Source: an uncultured delta proteobacterium (lineage in GTDB: Bacteria; Myxococcota; Myxococcia; Myxococcales; Myxococcaceae). Taken from it: DNA of 64,000 bases. The stretch spans positions 224,001 through 288,000 of the forward strand of contig CAVYSY010000026.1 in the NCBI GenBank assembly GCA_963771175.1. Direction: 5' to 3'. This document shows positions 51,547 to 61,757 of the stretch, piece after piece. The first letter of the stretch is position 1. Every line of letters begins with the position of its first letter. Under the pieces are notes generated by a model. It saw nothing but the letters and a program-made list of their open reading frames with translations, made no database searches and was not told the DNA's origin. Made by a program: the position numbers and the translations under genes.

Positions 51547-53144
51547 CTATTTCCCAGATGCGGGGGGAGTGGCCGCCACGTACTGCTCCAACCGGGTGAT
51601 GCCCAGCTTCTTCATCCGGCTCTGCAGGGTGGAGGGTTTGAGCCCCAACAGCGCCGCCGCGCCTCCCGGGCCGTAGATGCGGCCCCGCGTCAGCGCCAGG
51701 ACGCGCGCGATGTGCTGGCGCTGCACCTCCTCCAGGGTGTGCACCGCGCCCTCGCGCAGCGGCGGCGCCTCCACTGGCCGCCTTCTCCCCGGCCGCGCGG
51801 ATGGGCAGGTCGAACGCCTCCGGCGCCCAGCTCCGACGCGCGACAGGATGGTGGCACGCTCGAGGACGTTGGCCAGCTCGCGGAGGTTGCCGGGCCAGTC
51901 GTACGCCGCGAGCTTCTCCAGGCCCTCCGGGGTCACGCGCATCCCCCGCCGCCCGGTGCGCTGCGCCTGCTCCTCGAGCAGGAACGCGCAGAGCAGCGGC
52001 AGGTCCTCGCGCCGCTCGCGCAGGGGGGGCAGGCGCAGCGGGAAGACACTCAGGCGGTAGTAGAGGTCCTCGCCGGAAGCGGCGCTGGGAGATGGCCTGC
52101 TGCAGGTCCACGTGCGTGGCGGCCAGGATCCGCACGTCGACGTGCACCGTCCGGTCGCTCCCCACCGGCTCGAAGCCCTTCTCCTGCAGCACGCGCAGCA
52201 GCTTGGCCTGCAGCTCCACGGGCAGCTCGCCCATCTCGTCCAGGAAGAGCGTGCCCCCGTGCGCCATCTGGAAGCGCCCGGCCCGGTCGCGCGTTGCCCC
52301 GGTGAAGGCCCCCTTCACGTGGCCGAAGCAGCTCGCTCTCCAGCAGCCCGGCGGGGATGGCCGCGCAGTTGAGGGTCACGAAGGGCTGCTCCGCGCCGCG
52401 GCTCCAGCGGTGGATGGCCCGGGCCAGCCGCTCCTTGCCCGTGCCCGTCTCGCCCAGCAGCAGCACCGGCGTGTCCGTCTCCGCGACCTGCCGCGCCGCG
52501 CCGCGCCACCTCGCGCATCGCCGGGCTTGCGGCTGGTCTCCAGGATGCCCGCCGGATCCCCGCCAGCTGCGCCTCCAGCAGCTTCGCGTGCTCGTGATCC
52601 TGGCGGTGCAGGCGCTCAAGCGCCTCCCGCTGCTCGGCGTTCTGCAGGGCCGGGGCCAGCATCTGTCCGTAGACCTCCACCAGGTCCACCACCGCCGGCG
52701 GGTAGGTCTCGCACTCCGTGCGGTCGAGGGTCAGCACCCCGAGCACCCGCTCCCCCGCGCCAGCGGCACCACCATGCAGGAGTGCCCGGCGGGCAGGTCC
52801 AGCACCCCGTCGAAGGGATCGCCGTCGCCGTGGGCGTGGTCGTCCTCGGTGAAGGCCCGCGCCCGCCGCGTCTCCAGCGCCTGCGCGGATGGTGGGGAAG
52901 TCGTCCAGGCTGCAGGGCCAGTGGCGCCGCACGGTTGTCGGCCAGCGGACCCGCGGGCCACGCGCAGGTCGAGCTCGCCTTCTCGCAGCTCGAAGACGGT
53001 GGCCAGATCGAAGCGGACCAGGCGGGCAAGCCAGTCCAGGCCCCGGCGCAAGCAGTCCCCCACCGTCTCTTCCGTGGACGCCGCTGGGTCAGCGCCCGGC
53101 CAGCGTCCGAGCTCGTCCCGGGTCGTTTCGGTCCCTCCAGCCAT
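51547..53144 (-). CDS. Sigma-54-dependent activator (GAF - AAA+ - HTH), NorR-like GAF; many frameshifts
   Basis: DPFDGVL...HSCMVVPL...[52 protein letters not shown]. Confidence 0.9.
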
Positions 53145-53188
53145 CCGGTTCCCTCGGTCAACGGAGCGCACCCTAATGCGGTGGCTCG

Positions 53189-53282
53189 CACCGAAATGTC
53201 AGTGTGCAGTTCCACGACGCCTGCATGGGTGCGACACCGAAAATTCGGAATGGCGCGATGTTCCTTGGCCATCGACGCTGCT
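53189..53282 (+). promoter_or_regulatory. Two related dyad sites plus a near-consensus sigma-54 promoter upstream of ahpC
   Basis: CACCGAAATGTCAGTG (53189) and CACCGAAAATTCGGAA (53235); TGGCCATCGACGCTGCT (53266) is GG-N11-GC, one base longer than canonical. Confidence 0.5.
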
Positions 53283-53351
53283 TAAGGTCAGTCGCGAAGA
53301 ACTGTCCGAAACCGCCGAAGCAGCCAACCAACCACCCAGGAGCAACCAGAC

Positions 53352-53907
53352 ATGCTGACCGTTGGCGACAAGCTTCCCGAGTTCACCGTCAGGGTCGTCG
53401 TGAGCCTCGAGAAGGGCAAGGAGTTCAAGGAGATCCCTGGACACTACAAGGGCAAGTGGAAGGTCGTCTTCTTCTGGCCGAAGGACTTCACCTTCGTCTG
53501 CCCGACCGAGATCGCGGAGTTCGGCAAGCTCAACAAGGACTTCGCGGATCGCGACGCGCAGGTCCTCGGCGCCTAGCATCGACACCGAGTTCGTCCACCT
53601 CGCGTGGCGCAAGCACCACGCGGACCTCAAGGACCTGCCCTTCCCGATGCTCGCCGACATCAAGCGCGAGCTGAGCACGCGCTGGGCATCCTCCACAAGG
53701 ACGAGGGCGTGGCGCTGCGCGCCACCTTCATCGTGGACCCCAGGGCAAGTCATCCGGCACGTGTCAGCGTCAACGACCTGTCCGTCGGCCGCAACGTCGG
53801 ACGAGGTCCTGCGCACCCTCGACGCGCTGCAGACCGACGAGCTCTGCCCCTGCAACTGGCAGAAGGGTGACGAGACGCTGACCCAGAAGCTGGCGAAGGC
53901 GGGCTGA
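53352..53907 (+). CDS. ahpC: Peroxiredoxin AhpC, frameshifted
   Basis: FWPKDFTFVCPTEI, ALRATFIVDP, LQTDELCPCNW. Confidence 0.92.
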
Positions 53908-53909
53908 GC

Positions 53910-54443
53910 ATGAGCGCGCTCGAGACCATCCGGGAGAAGCTGCCGGACGCAGCGCGCGACATCCGGCTCAACCTGCAGTCCGTGATGGAGCGGAGAGGCC
54001 CTCACCGCGGACCAGCGGTGGGGGACTGGCGCTCGCCAGTGCCTATGCGGCGCGCAACCCCGAGCTGCGTGAAGCCTACGTGCAGGAGCGCGACGGCGCC
54101 GGCGATCTCGGCCGATGCGGTCTCGAGGACGCGACGGCGGCGGCGGTGATGATGGCGCATGAACAACGTCTACTACCGCTTCCGCCACTAATGGGAGAGG
54201 AGAGCTCGTACCACACCATGCGCGCCAACCTGCGCATGCAGCGGATCGGGCAGGTGGCTCACCAACAAGGTGGACTTCGAGCTCTTCTGCCTCGCGGTCA
54301 GCGCCATCAACGGCTGCGAGATGTGCGTGCAAGTCCCACGAGCGGTGGTGCGCTCGAGGGCGGGCTGACGGAGGAGCAGGTCCACGATGCCAGTCCGCAT
54401 CGCGGCGGTCATCCACGCCGCGGCGGTGGCGCTCGAGTCGTAG
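53910..54443 (+). CDS. ahpD: Alkylhydroperoxidase AhpD, frameshifted
   Basis: LPDAARDIRLNL, MNNVYYRF, LRM, DFELFCLAVSAINGCEMC. Confidence 0.9.
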
Positions 54444-54558
54444 GCGTTCCGCTTCACGCGGAGATCAGACTCGCCCTCCGGTGGACACGCCGGGGGACGG
54501 GTCACTTTCAGGCGCTCGGCATCCCATCTCCAAAACGACACGCGAAAGGAACGAACGC

Positions 54559-55064
54559 ATGTACCGAAGCCCGAGTCCGCTCTCCGAGCAGTCCCGCAAG
54601 GAGATCGCCGCCGCGCTCAACGCGCGGCTCGCCGACGGGCTCGACCTGCACAGCCAGATCAAGGTCGCGCACTGGAACATCAAGGGGCCGCAGTTCGCCG
54701 CCCTCCACCCGCTCTTCGAGACCTTCGCGGTGAGCCTGGCCGCCCACAACGACGCGGTCGCCGAGCGCGCGGTGACGCTGGGCGGCAGGGCCTACGGCAC
54801 CGTCCGCCACGTGGCGAAGTCGAGCCGCCTGCCGGACTACCCGCAGGAGACGTCGAAGGACCTGGAGCACGTGCGCCTGCTGGCCGAGCGGATCGAGTCG
54901 TACCTGGACGGCATGCGCGGCGAGCCGGGAGGCGTGACCGAGGAGAGCACCAGGACCCGGACACCGTGGACCTGCTCACCGGGATCATCGTCGAGTTCGA
55001 GAAGCACGCCTGGTTCCTGCGGGCCTCGCTCGAGGGCGGCCGGCGGACTCTGTCCGCTGGTTGA
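54559..55064 (+). CDS. dps: Dps DNA-protection ferritin-like protein, frameshifted near the 3' end
   Basis: KVAHWNIKGPQFAALHPLFE, DAVAERAVTLGG, EKHAWFLRASL. Confidence 0.92.
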
Positions 55065-55143
55065 TGCAGGACCCTGGTGGGGTGAGCGGCCTTCCGGTGC
55101 CGGGCTATGCTCTCCGTCGCGAGTCAACGCGAGGAGCCTCGTC

Positions 55144-55799
55144 ATGGCAGGCAGCGATTCACCCCGGCCCCAGGATGTGCCACCCGAGGGACGGGAGCAG
55201 GGCGCCCCGAGCCTCCGGGCGATGGAGCGGCGGCGAACAGCGCCTCCGCCCCGGAGCACACCGACAAGCGCCCGCTCAACGCCCTGGAGGTGCGGGTGCT
55301 GCGCGGGGTGTTCGGCGATGGCATCTCCTACGGGCCCGTGCGCCTGGTGCGGATGGCCCCTTTCATCGCCCAGCTCAACGGCTCCCGGGCCTTCGTGCTG
55401 GGCAACGCCCTGAACCTGCCCGAGCGGAACTTCATCGCCATCTCGCGGGGAGAGCAGCTGGACCTGCTCGTCCACGAAGCCACCCACATCTGGCAGTACC
55501 AGCACCGGGGCTGGGGCTACGTCGCCGAGGCCCTCTGGGCCCAGGGATTCGGGGACGGCTACGACTACGTGAAGGCCCTGCGCGCCGGAAAGCCCTGGCG
55601 GAAGATGAACCCCGAGCAGCAGGCCCAGATGCTCCAGGACGCCTTCCGGGGCAGGTACTTCGACGCCCCCGGCGCGCGCTTCGGTGTGGTGGGCAACACC
55701 GGCACGGTCGTCCCTCCCGGCGAGGCCCCTCCCGACGGCTTCTCCGATTTCACCTCCGTCCTCACCGCCGCCTTGGAGCTGCTTCAAAAGCCCGCCTGA
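55144..55799 (+). CDS. DUF4157-like HExxH metallopeptidase-domain protein, frameshift in the N-terminus
   Basis: RPLNALE...VFGDGISYGPVRL, AFVLGN, LVHEATHIWQYQ, NPEQQAQ. Confidence 0.7.
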
Positions 55800-55920
55800 G
55801 CTCCACTTTTCCACGCTCAGCATAAGATTCCATCAGTATTGACATTTAAGAATACATCGTCGTCTTCTGGATCGGGTGGTGGGTTGGCCACTGGGACTGA
55901 AGCGTGGAGACGGCGGAGTC

Positions 55921-58900
55921 ATGGCGAAGGTGGATGACGAAATCCTGCGGATAGAAGCGGCCCTGACCGCGCAGGAGGGCCTGCGCCCGACGCTCGGGGA
56001 TGCGGTGGTGGATGTGACCGTGGCCGCGCTGCGCACGAAGCACGAGGCGCTCCAGGCCGAGCGCCAGCGGGAGGCCGGGAGTGGAGCACCCGCCCGAGGC
56101 GCTGACGGACAACTCCTCGAGAGGCTGCGGCGCCACATCCCGCGCGAGCTGGCCGAGAAGATGCGGGTGCTGGGGCTCATCGAGGGCGAGCGCAAGCGCG
56201 TCACCGTGCTCTCCGCCCGGCTCTCGGGCTTCACCGCCCTGGGCGAGCGATTGGAGCCCGAGGAGCTGACCTCGCTCACCAGCGACACCATCCACGAGCT
56301 GGCCGAGGCCATCTACCAGTACGAGGGGGCCATCGACAGGTTCGTCGGGGACGACGTGACGGCCATCTTCGGCGCGCCCATCGCCCACGAGGACGACCCG
56401 GAGCGGGCCCTGCGCGCGGCGCTCGCCATGCGCGAGCGCATCGAGGGCATCAACCGCCGCTGGAGCACGCGCCTCGAGCAGCCCCTCTCCCTGCACATCG
56501 GCATCAACACGGGCGAGCTCATCACGGGCCAGGTGGGCCCGGACCTGCGCCAGGACTGCACATTCACGGGCGATACCGTGAGCGCCGCCGTGCGCCTGAG
56601 GGAGGCCGCCCGCTCCGGGCAGGTCTTCGTCAGCGGGAACACCTGGCGCCTGACACACGCCTCCTTCGACTTCGCGGCCCTCGAGCCCCTCCCCCCAAGA
56701 GCAAGCGCGGCGAGCCGCTCCCCGTCTACGAGCTGGTGCGCGCCCGCCTGCTGCCCACCAAGATGCGCGGCCTGCATGAGCTGGCCCCGGCCTTCGTGGG
56801 GCGGGAGGACGAGCTGTCCCTGGTGCTCGATGCCGCGCGCGAGCTCCAGGAGGGACGGGCAGCATCATCACCCTGGCGGGCGAGGCGGGCATCGGCAAGT
56901 CGCGACTGCTGGCCGAGTGCCAGTCGCGGCTGGGCGAGAGCGTGCGCTGGCTGGAGGGCCGCTGCTTCGCCCACACCAGCTCGGTCTCGTTCGCCCCCTT
57001 CCTGGACCTGCTGCGCCGCAAGGCCGGCATCACGGGCGAGCACTCCGAGCCCGAACGCCAGCGCCCTGCTCCACTCCGTCCTGGAGAACGTCTTCCCCGG
57101 AGATGCCGAGGCCCAGGCCATCTTCACCCACCTGCTCGGCTTCCGCGCCACGCGGCAGGAGGAGGCGATGCTCGCCACCATCTCCGCCCAGAGCCTGCGC
57201 CAGAAGCTCTTCGCGCTCGTCGAGCGCTACTACCTCCGGCTCGCCCAGCGGCGCCCCACGGTGCTCGTCATCGAGGACGTGCACTGGGCCGACACCAGCT
57301 CGCTGGAGCTGCTCGAGCACCTCTTCACGGTGACCGAGCGAACCCGCCTCCTCGTGGTCTGCACCTCGCGACTCCAGCTCGAGGGCCCCGACGGCGAAGC
57401 TGCTCACGCACCTCGCGGCCCGCTACCCGGAGCGGCACCGCCCCCGCGTGGTCAGCCCCCTCTCCGAGGCGCACAGCGTGAGGATGCTCGAGCAGCTCCT
57501 CTCCCTGCCCGTGCTGCCAGAGACGCTCCGCACGCTCATCGCCCGCCGGGCGGAGGGCAACCCCTTCTTCGTCGAGGAGCTCCTGCGCTCGCTCATCGAG
57601 CGGGGTGCGCTCATGCGCGGCGAGGTGGGCTGGACCGTGACGCCCCTGCTGCAGACGCTCAAGGTGCCGGACACGCTGCAGGGCGTGCTGATGGCCCGGT
57701 TGGACCGGCTGCCCGTGGAGACGAAGTGGCTGGCGCAGCAGGCCTCGGTCATCGGGCGGACCTTCTCCTACCGCGTGCTCATGCACCTGGCCCGGCGCAC
57801 GGCGGGCGTGGACGCCGACCTCGCGCACCTGGAGCGCGAGGACATCATCCGCGAGCGGTCGAGGGAGCCCGAGCTCGAGTTCATGTTCAAGCACGCGCTC
57901 ACGCAGGACATGGCCTACCAGAGCCTGCTCGCGTCGCGCCGCCGGGAGCTGCACCGCCAGGTGGGTGAGGCGCTGGAGGCCCTCTGCTACGACCGGGTGG
58001 GCGAGCTGCGGAGCGTCATCGGAAGCCACTACCTGCGCGGCGGGGCCTGGGAGCAGGCCGTCACCCACCTCGTGGCGGCCGGAGATGCGTCGGCCCGGCT
58101 GTACGCGCACGCCGAGGCGCGGGAGCACTATACGAAGGCCCTGGAGGCCCTCTCACACCTGTCCGACACCGAGGAGCAGCGGCGGCAGCGCGTGGACACG
58201 ACCCTGAGCCTGGTGAGCGTGTCCTTCGTGGCCCTCCCTCCGGAGCGCAACCTCCAGCGGCTGGCGGAGGCGGAGGAGCTGACGCTCGGCCTGCGCCCCC
58301 CCGAGGGAGGAGTCGACCACGCGCGACGGGCCCGCGTGCACTATTGGATGGGGCGGCTGCACGTCTACCAGGGCTCCTACGACACGGCGATGGACTACTT
58401 CCAGCGCGTCCTCTTGGAGTGCCAGGGAATGGGGGACGAGGCCCTGCTGGCCATCCCCTCCTTCATGATGGGCCGGGTGCTGGCGCTTCAGGGCCATTTC
58501 GGACAGGCCGAGCGCCTGCTCGCGCAGGCCATCGCGCCGCTGGAGCGGACAGGGGAGTGGGTGAACTGGCTGTGGACCGTGGGCTTCCGCTCCATCGCGC
58601 TCGCGGCGATCGGCCAGTACCGCGCCGCGGAGGCCGAGTACGAGCGGGCGCTCACGCGTGCACGGGAGACGAAGGACCTCACGGGCATCGCCTTCTGCCA
58701 GCTCGCCCTGGGCGACATCACCCTGTTCGGTCGAGACCTGCCGCGCATGCTCGAGTCCAGCCGTGTGGCCATCGCGGCGGCGGAACAGTCCGGGGACCGG
58801 GTGCTCACGTTCCTGGGCGTCGGCCAGCTGGCCTGGGCCCAGAGCCGCCTGGGCCTGCACGCCGAGGCGGCGGAGACCGCGACCCGACGCAAGTCCCTCA

Positions 58901-59343
58901 TGGAGAGCGTCGGCGAGCCGCTGCTGTGCCGGGACTGGTTCGCGGCGAGTGATGCCGAGATGGCGTGGCGCACGGGGCGACTCACCGAGGCCGTGGAGCT
59001 GGCCCACCAGGCCATCAAGGAGGCCCGGGCCGCGGGGGGCATCTTCGCCGAGGCCCTCGCGCAACGCGTCCTCGCCCAGACGCTCGCCGCACAGGGAAAC
59101 TGGACAGAGGTCGAGCACCACCTCCAGACCAGCATGGAGCTCTTCGAGACGGGAGAGATGCGCCTCGAGGAGGCCCACACGCACGTCGTCTGGGCCGAGC
59201 TGCGCATCGAGCGAGGCGACATCCAGGCCGCGCGAACCCACCTCGGGCAGGCCATCGCCACCTACGAGCGGAGCGGCCTCGAGGAAGAGCTCACCCGGGC
59301 CCGAAGGCTCCTGGGCGCGCTCGCCGAAGCCAGCTCCGCCTGA
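55921..59343 (+). CDS. Class III cyclase-like domain + STAND AAA ATPase + TPR protein, about 3 frameshifts
   Basis: IFGAPIAHEDDPERA, HIGINTG, Walker A GEAGIGKS, Walker B VIEDVHWAD, AEGNPFFVEE, FKHALTQD, TPR helices. Confidence 0.9.
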
Positions 59344-59370
59344 CCCCACCCCTCATCGCGAGGGGCGGGG
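59344..59370. terminator. Hairpin between convergent genes
   Basis: CCCCACCCCTC-N5-GAGGGGCGGGG. Confidence 0.45.
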
Positions 59371-59393
59371 GTGCTGCTTCGGACGAGAGGAGC

Positions 59394-61657
59394 TCAGCGC
59401 GCCGAGTCACCGGCGACGGGCTGGCCACCCAGTCCCATCTGGTACAGCGAGAAGGCCCAGAGGTCGGTGCCTCCTCGATGAGCTTCGCGGTGGGCTTGCC
59501 GGCGCCGTGGCCGGCCTGGGTCTCGATGCGGATCAGCACCGGGGCGTCGCCGCCCTGCGCCGCCTGCAGCGCGGCGGCGAACTTGAAGCTGTGGCCCGGC
59601 ACCACGCGGTCGTCGGTGTCGGCCGTGGTGACCAGCGTCGCCGGATAGCACGTGCCCGGCTTGATGTTGTGCAGCGGCGAATAGGCGCAGAGCGCCTTGA
59701 ACTCCTCCGGGTTGTCCGGCCGAGCCGTAGTCGTCGACCCAGGCGCCGCCGATCGGTGAACTTGTGGAAGCGGAGCATGTCCATCACGCCGACCGCCGGC
59801 AGGCACGCGCCGAACAGGTCGGGCCGCTGCGTCATGCACGCGCCGACCAGCAGGCCGCCGTTGCTGCCGCCCTGGATGGCCAGCTTCTCGGGCGCGGTGT
59901 ACTTGTTCGCGATCAGCCACTCGGCCGCGGCGATGAAGTCGTCGAAGACGTTCTGCTTCTTGCAGCTTCGTGCCGGCCTCGTGCCAGCCTCGCCGTATTC
60001 GCCGCCGCCGCGGAGGTTGGCCACGGCGTAGACGCCGCCCATCTCCATCCACGCCAGGCGCGCCACGCGAGAAGCTCGGCGTCAGCGAGATGTTGAACCC
60101 GCCGTAGCCGTAGAGGAGCGTCGGGTTCGTGCCGTCGAGCTTCAGCCCCTTCTTGTGGCGAGGAACATCGGCACGCTGCGTGCCGTCCTTGCTCGTGTAG
60201 AAGACCTGCTCGACCTCGTAGTCGTCCGGGTCGAACTTCACCTTCGGCGCGCGGAAGACGCTCGCTCTCGCCGGTCGCCATGTCGTAGCGGTAGATGCTC
60301 GGCGGCGTGGCGAAGCTGGAGAAGGTGTAGAAGGTCTCCGTGTCGGTCCGCTTGCCGCCGAAGCCGCCGACCGTGCCGATGCCCGGGCAGCGCGCACCTC
60401 GCGGACGAACTTGCCGTCGAGGTCGAACACCTTCACCTGCGAGTGCGGCGTCCTTCAGATAGCTGGCGACGAACCGGTCGCCGACGAGCGTCGACGCTGC
60501 GCCAGCGTCTCCGTCGGCCTGCGGGATGATCTCCTTCCAGTCTTGCGGCTCGGGCTTGCGCGAGGTCGATGGCGATCAGCCGGCCGCGCGGGGCGTCGAG
60601 GTCGGTCTTGAAGAAGAAGACCGGGCCGTCGTTGCCGACGAAGGTGTACTCGGCGTCGAAGTTGTCGATCAGCTCGACGGCCTTGGCGTCGGGCTCGCGT
60701 CAGGTCCTTGTAGAAGACGCGATCTTCGTGCGTCGGTGCCGTGCGGTGACGTCGATGACCAGGTAGCGGCCGTCGTCGGTGACGGTGCCGCCGAAGCCCC
60801 ATTCGCTGGTGGTCCGGCGCGCTCGTAGACCAGCACGTCGTCGGCCTGCGGCGTGCCGAGCGGTGGTAGTAGAGCTTCTGGAGTAGTTGGTTCCGCGAGC
60901 GTGCTTGCGCCCGCCTTCGGCTCGTCGAAGCGGCTGTAGAAGAAGCCCTTGCCGTCCTTCGTCCACGAGGCGCCGGAGAACTTGATCCACTCGACAGGTC
61001 GTCGCGCAGGTCCTTGCCCGGTGTCGACGTCGCAGGACCTGCCAGGTCCTGCCAGTCGGAGCCGGCCTCGGCCAGGCCGTAGGCCAGCAGCTTGCCGTCC
61101 GTCGCTGACTCGCCATGCCCGGCCAGGGCGACGGTGCCGTCCTTCGACAGCGTGTTCGGGATCGAGCAGCACGCGCGGCTCGCCGTCGAGCGAGTCCATC
61201 GCGTAGAGCACGCTCTGGTTCTGCAGCCCGTCGTTGCGCGTGATAGAAGTAGCGGTCCGCCCTCGCTCGAAGGGACGCCGAAGCTGCTCGTAGTTCCACA
61301 GCTCGGTGAGCCGCTGCTTGATGAGCGCTCGCGGCGGGGATCGTCTCGAGGTAGCCGAACGTGACCTTGTTCTCGGCCTCGACCCACGGCGCGTCTCGGG
61401 CGCAGTCGGGTCTTCGAGCCAGCGGTACGGATCGGCGCACCTTGGTGCCGTGGTAGTCGTCGACGACGTCAACCTTGCGCGCGACCGGGTAGGTCGGACG
61501 CGCGGACGCGGTGCTCTCCTTCGAGGAGTCGACGGGAGTGGTGGCCGCGGGGGCCGGGGACGCGCTGGGGGCCTGGGCCTCCAGCGTCGTCGGGGCATGG
61601 CTGCAGTGCGTGAGCCAGAGGGCGCACGCGGCGGCGGAAAGAGCGCGGATTCTCTAT
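59394..61657 (-). CDS. Prolyl oligopeptidase (S9A), heavily frameshifted
   Basis: [62 protein letters not shown]; start approximate. Confidence 0.88.
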
Positions 61658-61757
61658 GGTGGCGCGCGAACCTATCAGCCCGGGGGCGTATTTCCGAAAA
61701 GGCGCATGACTCGCCACATCGGAAGCGCCCCCGGGGCGCGCCACGAGAGTTCTCAAC

